Shown here: positions 20,921 through 27,749 of the stretch, piece after piece
How positions within the stretch are numbered: position 1 is the first letter of the stretch
Layout: the number at the start of each line of letters is the position of its first letter
Origin: an uncultured Planctomycetaceae bacterium
GTDB lineage: Bacteria > Planctomycetota > Planctomycetia > Isosphaerales > Isosphaeraceae
Length of the DNA: 64,000 nucleotides
Reading direction: 5' to 3'
Assembly (NCBI GenBank): GCA_963833985.1
Contig: CAWIAD010000001.1
Coordinates: 1,184,001 to 1,248,000 of the forward strand
Notes under the pieces: model-generated
Told to the model about the DNA's origin: nothing
Database searches by the model: none
Seen by the model: the letters and a program-made list of their open reading frames with translations, nothing else
Program-made: the position numbers and the translations under genes

Positions 20921-21014
20921 CGGCATCAATGAATGGGGACTTACCCCGAGATTCGGTTATTTCGCAAGTACCTCATTGCTCAACGCCTTGCGGCGATCCT
21001 GGTACAGATTGCGG
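20906..21014 (-). CRISPR. Antisense mini-CRISPR: two degenerate repeats and one 34-35 nt spacer; probable crRNA-like regulatory RNA
   Basis: Minus strand reads ...ATCGCCGCAAGGCGTTGAGCAA (18/20 match to the 3' end of the main repeat), spacer TGAGGTACTTGCGAAATAACCGAATCTCGGGGTA, then AGTCCCCATTCATTGATGCCGTCAGGCGTTCCATCG; both hairpins are kept. Confidence 0.82.
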
Positions 21015-21025
21015 TCCTTTCTTAG

Positions 21026-21052
21026 TTGACACCAAGGGGGCTCGAATGTCAA
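21026..21052. promoter_or_regulatory. TTGACA-N15-TGTCAA inverted repeat (two facing consensus -35 hexamers)
   Basis: Seen directly between the mini-CRISPR and its target; no clean -10 at 17 bp on either strand. Confidence 0.55.
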
Positions 21053-21057
21053 TAGTT

Positions 21058-21079
21058 ATGTGAGGAACCTGAGAAATAA
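21058..21079 (+). promoter_or_regulatory. ATG PAM plus 19-nt partial protospacer for the mini-CRISPR spacer (putative Cascade operator)
   Basis: ATG-TGAGGAACCTGAGAAATAA versus spacer TGAGGTACTTGCGAAATAA; runs into the RBS AAGGAG (21078-21083). Confidence 0.78.
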
Positions 21080-21091
21080 GGAGCCACCCCG

Positions 21092-21337
21092 GTGAGAGAC
21101 ATAGACCTCGTTGACGAGATTACCATGTTCCTAAGGTCCACGACAGCCTATCGGATCTGTCGGCCATACGGTGCTGAGCCGCGTGATGCACTTGGCGAAA
21201 TCTACCTCCGCTTGCTCGGCGGCGCCAGTAAGCCGATTCGAAAGCCGACGGCATGGGTGAGGACGAACGCGACTTTTCTTCTCCGGAATTACCTGCGGCG
21301 CGAGAACAGCCGACTCTACCAGCCCTCGGAGATCTAA
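21092..21337 (+). CDS. Sigma-70 region-2-like small protein (81 aa)
   Basis: DALGEIYLRLL...IRKPTAWVRTNATFLLRNYLRRE resembles the ECF region 2 pattern; AAGGAG RBS and GTG start. Confidence 0.6.
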   Translation: MRDIDLVDEITMFLRSTTAYRICRPYGAEPRDALGEIYLRLLGGASKPIRKPTAWVRTNATFLLRNYLRRENSRLYQPSEI

Positions 21338-21338
21338 C

Positions 21339-21617
21339 ATGCCCCTCTTTTCTCTCCAATCGCTTCAATCTCTGGGAACTGACTTTAAGGACGAGGCCAG
21401 GTATGCCCTTGAGTCATTCGAGCTTCGCGATCTTGTGGCTCGGGAGCTCATGCGACTCCCCCAGCGGGAGAGGGAAGCCATAACGGCCCTCGCCGGTCTC
21501 AGCACCGAGTCATGCCGATCTGTTGCTCGAAAACACGGCGTGTCAGCGCAGACGGTTTCCAATTGGGCCAAGGAGGCTCAGCGCAAGTTGCGTCCCAAGC
21601 TGGAGGCTTACGCGTGA
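21339..21617 (+). CDS. Sigma-70 region-4-like HTH protein (92 aa)
   Basis: LMRLPQREREAI...SVARKHGVSAQTVSNWAKEAQRKLR; GGAG 7 nt upstream; stop overlaps the cas6 copy B GTG. Confidence 0.78.
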   Translation: MPLFSLQSLQSLGTDFKDEARYALESFELRDLVARELMRLPQREREAITALAGLSTESCRSVARKHGVSAQTVSNWAKEAQRKLRPKLEAYA

Positions 21618-22219
21618 GGTTCGTACTCGATATTTGTTGGCCGCTCTTACCTCCAGGGCGATTCCCCGTTCACTACCAATATTATCTGCTAGCCAGTCTC
21701 TCGCGAATAGTGCCCGAGATTCACTCCACCCCCACCCTGGGTGTCCATCCGATTCGTGGAATGAAGTCCGCCCTCGGGTTTCTGGAAATCGATCGGCGCA
21801 GTGCGGTAACACTCAGAGCACCTGCCGAGGTTCTTCCGACGCTGGTCCCGTTAGGAGGAAAGAAACTCGACATCGGCGGGTGTCAAGTCCGGCTGGGCGT
21901 TCCACGACTCACCGCCCTGGCGCCCGCAGAGCGCCTTCGAGCCGACCTCGTCACTATCAAAGGATACATGTCGATGCCCGAATTCGAGTCGGGGGTAAGG
22001 AGACAGCTGTCCGCGCTTGGGATGAGCGATGAAGTCCGTGCGGAGGTTGGGCGTCGACGGGTCGTCCAGATACGGGGACAGACCATCGTCGGCTTCGGCC
22101 TTCGCCTCTCCGGTCTCTCCGAGGACGAGTCGGTCCGAGTTCAGCAGTACGGACTCGGGGGACGGCGACACTTCGGCTGCGGCCTATTCCAACCTGACTT
22201 GACGGAGATAACGTCGTGA
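21614..22219 (+). CDS. cas6: Cas6 (Cmx6-like), divergent copy B
   Basis: GVHPIRG; LVTIKG; GLGGRRHFGCGLF; GTGA overlaps at both ends. Confidence 0.88.
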   Translation: MRFVLDICWPLLPPGRFPVHYQYYLLASLSRIVPEIHSTPTLGVHPIRGMKSALGFLEIDRRSAVTLRAPAEVLPTLVPLGGKKLDIGGCQVRLGVPRLTALAPAERLRADLVTIKGYMSMPEFESGVRRQLSALGMSDEVRAEVGRRRVVQIRGQTIVGFGLRLSGLSEDESVRVQQYGLGGRRHFGCGLFQPDLTEITS

Positions 22220-23910
22220 AGGGCGCTGAAAAGAAAACGAGGTTACAAGAGGGTCCAAGCCATTTGACCATGCGCCTCTTCGCCCCGGGTATGTCGGTCC
22301 TGCACCGCGCTGGGCTGGGCGGGCTGGCCTGCACGCTGAATGCGGTGGAAGATCGGCATCGAAGCGGGCTGTTGCGCCCCGAGCGATTGCCCGCGCCGTT
22401 CGAGGGCGACAAGCCCCCCTGGGAGATCGACGAGCAGTCGGTGACGCTCCGGTTCGGCAAGCCCGAGAACGCGGGCGAGTACCTGAGGAAGCTTTTCGAG
22501 TTTGCCTTTCAAATTCGCAAGGACGGCCTGATCAGCCTGCCTGGGCAATTCCAAGGGGAGTTATCGGCAGCCGTGCTCGCCGACTTGCAATTGGGGCTCA
22601 CGCTGACGTTCTTGCAGCACGGCCGGGTTCGGGCTCTTGCGAAGGAGGCCACCGTAGCCAGCTATGATACTGACGGAGATGGTGTTCCCGGAGTCGTGGT
22701 CCAGTACAAGAAGTGCTCGGCGTTCAAGCACCAGAAGGGCTGGGAATCGCTGGTTGGCGGCAGTGGCGCCCTGGTATCCGGTTCCATCGCTGTCGATGGG
22801 CCCATCAGTCCCGGCTCGGTCGTGAGGCACGTGGCATACACCGGCGATACGGGTATCGAGGATCCTCCGGAGCGGATGCTTCCTCTGTACTTCGCGCTCG
22901 TCGGCTGCCTGGCCCTGCCCGTGAACCGTGGCGTCGCGGCGCTCATCGTTCCGGATGTCACGGACCTCTCCGAGTTCGTCCTCGATCGTGCGGCGATGAC
23001 CCCGACAACAGCAACGCAGTGCCAGATCGCCGGTGCCGCCGACGCCGCCTTCAGCGCCCAGGTGCGAATCCGCCGCAATCCAAGGAGATCCGCCGAGGTG
23101 GAGTCGAGGGCTCGCCAGGCGCTGTCTGGGTCCGCAATCCCGGCATGCTACGCCATGACCTTCACGCCGACTCCCTGGGCCAGTCAGCAGAAGTCTCGCG
23201 TGGCGACGATCATCGTTCCTCAGGGAGAGAAGCGAACGCTGGACCTCTACGAGCGAGCCGCCACTCACCTGCCCGCAAGGATTGCGACTCGCACGGTCCG
23301 AGAATCGACCGGGCGTGGCAAGCAGCGCACGGTGACCGAGCGCCAGGAGTCGTTCCGAGCCGATAGCATTGTCCGCCCCCTGGTCGCCGAGAACCTGGCA
23401 TTGGGCCGCCCCTGGTATTCCGGGTTCGTGAAACTACTGACCAAGACAAACCCAGCGACCGGCAACCCTTACCGCAACCAACTTCCCTTCGAGCGCGGAG
23501 GATTGAATGCCATGATTTCAGATCCCCAGATGTGGGACGACCGGGGAGAGGAGCTTATCGTCAAGGCCGTCCACGAGGCCATCCGGCAGACCCTTGGCCG
23601 GATCAAGCAGGAGACCGATGGGCCGGGGAACAAGCCGCCCTCACAGGCGACCAAGAACCGCTGGACGAGGTTCCAGGAGAAACTGCGGCTCTCGCTGGCC
23701 GAATCGAAAACCCCAAACGACGCCCGCCATGCCCTGTGCAATCTGTTCAGCCGGGCTGGCCGCGTGCCCGCTCTGGCCGAGTATTGGCAGCTTGTGCTGC
23801 CCAAGCTCGCCGACCGCCGCTGGCAACTGACGCGCGACCTGGCCTTGCTCGCCCTCGCGAGCTATTCCGGCAGATCCAGCGAAAACGGTGACGAACAACC
23901 TCAACAGTGA
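22216..23910 (+). CDS. cas8: Cas8 large subunit (Cmx8/Cas8a1 Myxan type)
   Basis: MSVLHRAGLGGL; TFLQHG; WASQQKSR; RDLALLALASY; position before cas7 and cas5. Confidence 0.88.
   Translation: MKGAEKKTRLQEGPSHLTMRLFAPGMSVLHRAGLGGLACTLNAVEDRHRSGLLRPERLPAPFEGDKPPWEIDEQSVTLRFGKPENAGEYLRKLFEFAFQIRKDGLISLPGQFQGELSAAVLADLQLGLTLTFLQHGRVRALAKEATVASYDTDGDGVPGVVVQYKKCSAFKHQKGWESLVGGSGALVSGSIAVDGPISPGSVVRHVAYTGDTGIEDPPERMLPLYFALVGCLALPVNRGVAALIVPDVTDLSEFVLDRAAMTPTTATQCQIAGAADAAFSAQVRIRRNPRRSAEVESRARQALSGSAIPACYAMTFTPTPWASQQKSRVATIIVPQGEKRTLDLYERAATHLPARIATRTVRESTGRGKQRTVTERQESFRADSIVRPLVAENLALGRPWYSGFVKLLTKTNPATGNPYRNQLPFERGGLNAMISDPQMWDDRGEELIVKAVHEAIRQTLGRIKQETDGPGNKPPSQATKNRWTRFQEKLRLSLAESKTPNDARHALCNLFSRAGRVPALAEYWQLVLPKLADRRWQLTRDLALLALASYSGRSSENGDEQPQQ
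23512..23910 (+). CDS. cas11: Putative Cas11 small subunit from an internal in-frame start in cas8 (132 aa)
   Basis: GGAGGA at 23497-23502, 9 nt before an in-frame ATG; internal Cas11 translation is known for I-B, I-C and I-D. Confidence 0.65.
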   Translation: MISDPQMWDDRGEELIVKAVHEAIRQTLGRIKQETDGPGNKPPSQATKNRWTRFQEKLRLSLAESKTPNDARHALCNLFSRAGRVPALAEYWQLVLPKLADRRWQLTRDLALLALASYSGRSSENGDEQPQQ

Positions 23911-23931
23911 ACTTCCTGGAGAAAAAAACCC

Positions 23932-24819
23932 ATGAGCCTGCACGTATTCGCGAACTTCGTGACACCCTTTGGCGCGGCGGCCAATAACCGGGCCGAGACC
24001 GAGGGCAACATCACGACCCTTCAAAAGCTCGTCTGGATGGGGGAGACACACACCACCGTGAGCGCCGAGGCCATCCGCTTTGCTCTTCGAAGGCGACTCG
24101 CTTCCCTTGATGAGCGGGGTTCGAACCGCAAGTGGGACGAGGACGAGAGGAACAACACCTGGCAGGACTGGACATTCAAGGGATGGACCTCGAAGGGCGG
24201 CGAGACATTCATCGACGACGACCTGCTCGGCTTCATGACCGCCGAGGCCGCGAAGGAAGAAGGCGAGTCGGGCACCGCCAACGTCCGCCGGGCGGTGCTG
24301 GAGGTGACGCGGGCCGTATCGCTCACCCCGTGGTCGGGTGACGTCACGTTCAATGCAGCATCGCCGGGCGCCACACCCTCGGCACAGAAGAAAGGGAGCA
24401 ACCCGGTGCCATACGGCACCGAGGTCCACGCGACTCGCTACCAGTACGGCATCGCGCTGACGCCCGAGCGGCTTCGCGACAGCTCCCGGGCGGCGAAGGC
24501 CATCGAGGCGCTCTGCAATCTCGGCACGGTCGCCGGTAATCACGGCCGTTTTCTTTTCGACTTCTCACCCGACGCCGTCGTCTTCCGCATCACCCAGGAT
24601 CCCGCGCCACGCCTGCTGTACTGCTTCGAGACAGCGGATGACGGCAAGAGCATCATCGCCCCGCGCCTGGAGGCCCGCGTCAGCGCTGGCGACATCGACA
24701 GCAGCGAGCTGATCATCGCGGGGGTCAAGGTCCAGGGTGTCGATACGGAAAAGGGCGTGAAGGCCGCCTGCGCCCAGGCCGTCACCAGGATCAACGAGTC
24801 CTTGAAGGCCAAGAGGTAA
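23932..24819 (+). CDS. cas7: Cas7 (DevR/Cst2 type)
   Basis: AANNRAETEGNITTLQKL; VSAEAIRFALR; FIDDDLLGFM; EVHATRYQY. Confidence 0.93.
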   Translation: MSLHVFANFVTPFGAAANNRAETEGNITTLQKLVWMGETHTTVSAEAIRFALRRRLASLDERGSNRKWDEDERNNTWQDWTFKGWTSKGGETFIDDDLLGFMTAEAAKEEGESGTANVRRAVLEVTRAVSLTPWSGDVTFNAASPGATPSAQKKGSNPVPYGTEVHATRYQYGIALTPERLRDSSRAAKAIEALCNLGTVAGNHGRFLFDFSPDAVVFRITQDPAPRLLYCFETADDGKSIIAPRLEARVSAGDIDSSELIIAGVKVQGVDTEKGVKAACAQAVTRINESLKAKR

Positions 24820-24822
24820 TCC

Positions 24823-25458
24823 ATGCTCGGCTTGTACGTTACCGTTCCGATCGCCTGCTTCCGGAAAGGTCTGGCGCGGGAGTATCTCGAGACCGAGCCC
24901 CTGCCACCGCCCGCGACGTGCTACGGCTTCCTGCTCTCGTTGGTCGGTGAAACCGATCGGCGGCGGCACATCGGTGCTCGCGTTTGCCCCGCCCTGCTCA
25001 ACAAGCCGGAGATGAGCGTCGTCATCAGGACCGTCTGGCGCGTCAAGAAGACGCCCCTGGGCTCGTCGGGAAATACCCGGCCTGACTATCAGCAACTTCT
25101 CTCGCCGATCCGTCTGCTCATCTGGCTCGACTCCTCCGAGGAAAAGGGCGAGCAGCCAGGGCTGGAAGACCGCGTATCCGTCGCGCTTGACGAGCCTGGC
25201 CGCATTTCCCGGTTCGGCGGCCTCTCCCTCGGCGAGAGCACGCACCTGGTTGATGAGGTTCGGCGCCCACGCGCCGGCGACGACGAAGACGTTCCAGCGC
25301 GGGCGTATCTCCTGGCCGAACGGGGACGCCTGTCGCTGCCGGTCTGGGTTGACCATGTCGGATCGGCCGGCACCCGCTTCGCGGTCGGGGAGCTTGTCGA
25401 TCAGCACGGAATGAAGCCGCCGGATCGAATCCGGATGCCCATCATTACTCCAACATAG
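24823..25458 (+). CDS. cas5: Cas5 (DevS/Cmx5 type)
   Basis: VPIACFRKGLAREYLETEPLPPPATCYGFLLSLVGE; GGLSLGESTHLVDE. Confidence 0.93.
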   Translation: MLGLYVTVPIACFRKGLAREYLETEPLPPPATCYGFLLSLVGETDRRRHIGARVCPALLNKPEMSVVIRTVWRVKKTPLGSSGNTRPDYQQLLSPIRLLIWLDSSEEKGEQPGLEDRVSVALDEPGRISRFGGLSLGESTHLVDEVRRPRAGDDEDVPARAYLLAERGRLSLPVWVDHVGSAGTRFAVGELVDQHGMKPPDRIRMPIITPT

Positions 25459-25491
25459 ATCGGGCCTGTACGGTCCCGAGAAGGAGCTTCG

Positions 25492-27150
25492 ATGCCAGAA
25501 CAACCGCTCGACGGTCGCGCTACCCGTCTGCGCGTGATGTCCCTGCACGCCCTGGCCTACTGCCAGCGTCTTTTCTACCTGGAGGAGGTCGAGGAGATTC
25601 GCGTCGCCGACGAGCGCGTCTTCGCCGGTCGCGAGCTGCATGCGTCGCTCGAGGCCGGTGAGGACGGGGAGCGAACGCAACTTGAACTCGAAGACCGCGA
25701 CCTGGGACTGGTGGGCAAGGTCGACGCCCTCCGGAAACGGGATGGATCGCTGGTGCCTTATGAGCACAAGCGAGGGAAGTCGTGCAAGCTTGACGGGCAG
25801 GCCCATGCCTGGCCGTCCGACCGGCTCCAGGTCATCGCCTATGCCGTGCTCATCGAGTCCGCCTTCGGTCAGACCATTCCCGAGGGCCGGGTTCGCTACC
25901 ACGCCGACCACGCCACGGTGCGCATTCCCATCGACGCGCAGGCCCGCCAGGACCTGGACGATGCCATCGCGACGGCACGCCGGCTGAGCGAGTCGACCGA
26001 GCGACCCCCTGTCACCGACAACGAGCGGCTCTGTGCGAAGTGCTCGCTGGCGCCGGTGTGCCTGCCCGAGGAGAGCCGGCTCGTCGAGGACAACGGACGT
26101 CAGCCGGTCCGGCTCTTCCCGCCAGATCGCGATGGGACGACGCTTCATGTCGTGACGCCGGGCGCCCGCGTCGGCCGCAGCGCGGAGACACTCACGATCA
26201 CCTTGCCCGACGTCACCCCTCCCTCGCGCCACCCGATCCGCGGCATCGACTCCGTGCTCCTCCATGGTCATGTCCAGGCGACGACCCAGGCACTGAGCCT
26301 CTGTGTCGATCACGACATTCCCGTTCACTGGTTGACGACAACCGGCCGCCATGTCGCGAGCCTGACCGCCTCGGCCGGCCAGGTCCAGCGCCGGGTGCGG
26401 CAGTATCGCGCCCTTGCGGATGAGGCGGCCTGCCTGCGGCTCGCCCGCGCCCTGGTGCGTGCCAAGATCGAGGGCCAGCACCGCTACCTCCTCCGCGCCT
26501 CGCGTGGCGACGACTCCCAGCGCGACGCCATGGAGGCCGATCTCGTCCTGCTTCGCTCGGCCCTCTTGAGCCTGGACCAGGCAGCGGATCGCGACTCTCT
26601 TCGAGGTCACGAGGGCTCCGCCGCCGTGGGATACTTCGGCGGGCTCGGCCGGCTTCTGGTCGCCTCGGTACCCGACTCGCTGCGGTATTCCACCCGCAGC
26701 CGGCGGCCTCCCCTGGACCGCTTCAATGCCCTGCTCAGCTTCGGCTACGGCCTGCTGCACACGGCCGTCATGCGGGCCATCCTGGCAAGCGGCCTGGAGC
26801 CCTCGCTGGGCTTTTTCCACACCCCGCGCAGCGCCGCGTATCCGCTGGTGCTCGACCTCATGGAACTGTTCCGGGTCATCCTCTGGGACATGGTGGTCAT
26901 CGGCTCCCTGAACCGCGGCCAGTGGGATCCGGACGCCGACTTCCTCGTCACCAAGGCGAAGGTCTGGCTTTCCGAGGACGGCCGCAAGAAGGCGATCAAC
27001 CTGTTCGAGTCGCGCCTTGACGAGACCTGGAAGCACCCGGTCCTCGGTTACTCGCTCTCCTACGCACGGACCCTGGAACTGGAGGCCCGGCTCCTGGAGA
27101 AGGAGTGGAGCGGCGAGTCCGGACTCTTCGCACGCCTGCGGATTCGCTGA
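25492..27150 (+). CDS. cas1: Cas4-Cas1 fusion
   Basis: YCQRLFY, GKVD, EHKRG and CAKCSLAPVC (Cas4 Fe-S/RecB); LRGHEG, NALLSFGY, GFFH and DLMELFR (Cas1). Confidence 0.95.
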   Translation: MPEQPLDGRATRLRVMSLHALAYCQRLFYLEEVEEIRVADERVFAGRELHASLEAGEDGERTQLELEDRDLGLVGKVDALRKRDGSLVPYEHKRGKSCKLDGQAHAWPSDRLQVIAYAVLIESAFGQTIPEGRVRYHADHATVRIPIDAQARQDLDDAIATARRLSESTERPPVTDNERLCAKCSLAPVCLPEESRLVEDNGRQPVRLFPPDRDGTTLHVVTPGARVGRSAETLTITLPDVTPPSRHPIRGIDSVLLHGHVQATTQALSLCVDHDIPVHWLTTTGRHVASLTASAGQVQRRVRQYRALADEAACLRLARALVRAKIEGQHRYLLRASRGDDSQRDAMEADLVLLRSALLSLDQAADRDSLRGHEGSAAVGYFGGLGRLLVASVPDSLRYSTRSRRPPLDRFNALLSFGYGLLHTAVMRAILASGLEPSLGFFHTPRSAAYPLVLDLMELFRVILWDMVVIGSLNRGQWDPDADFLVTKAKVWLSEDGRKKAINLFESRLDETWKHPVLGYSLSYARTLELEARLLEKEWSGESGLFARLRIR

Positions 27151-27184
27151 CGAGAATGACCGCCAGATCAGCAAGGAACGACCC

Positions 27185-27484
27185 TTGAACGACGCACGGT
27201 GGTGGCTGGTTTGCTATGATGTTCGCGACCCGGTTCGATTACGCCGCACCGCCCGGATTTTGGAGGGCGCGGGGGAGCGGATTCAGTACTCCGTCTTCCG
27301 CTGCTGGCTGAGCCCCACCCAGATGAACGAGCTGCGCTGGAACCTGACCGAGGTCCTGGAGCCCGAGGACGATGTATTGCTGATACCGCTCTGCCCGCGC
27401 TGTGTCCGGGGCATGGCCACGACCCACACCGCGACCAAGGTTCCGGACTGGCCCGCGGGTCCGGAATCCCACTCGATCGTCTAA
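27185..27484 (+). CDS. cas2: Cas2
   Basis: LVCYDVRD; IQYSVFRC; LCPRC; TTG start inferred. Confidence 0.92.
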   Translation: MNDARWWLVCYDVRDPVRLRRTARILEGAGERIQYSVFRCWLSPTQMNELRWNLTEVLEPEDDVLLIPLCPRCVRGMATTHTATKVPDWPAGPESHSIV

Positions 27485-27749
27485 CTTCGATTTCGCGGAT
27501 TCAAGCATCTGGTTCCGTGCCCCGGCTGACGCGGCAATCCTCGCCTGAAGTATCCAGCACAAAAGGGTTTACGTCTCTTTGGCAATTCGGAAGATCCATG
27601 ACTTTCCCGAAAGTCTTGCAGTACAAGCATTTGGGGAGGCTCTTCGGGAAGAAGCTTGAACGAGGGGAGCCCCACGATCATGTATCTCGCTGATGCGCTT
27701 GATCGACTGAGTCGCAAGTCGTTATCATGGTACAGGATATGATGGGGGA
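27485..27749 (+). promoter_or_regulatory. CRISPR leader
   Basis: Non-coding, lower-GC stretch between cas2 and repeat 1; TTCAAGC (27500) is inverted against GCTTGAA (27654) and GCTTGA (27697). Confidence 0.75.

Noticed and set aside
20963..20992. CGCAAG-N18-CTTGCG inverted repeat as a separate operator
   Set aside because: Only 6 bp, and explained by the overlapping mini-CRISPR spacer and repeat; no independent support.
24565..27174. 869-aa minus-strand ORF, and similar ones such as 7020-9191 and 37396-39081
   Set aside because: Antisense shadows of real genes in high-GC DNA, with no recognisable motifs.
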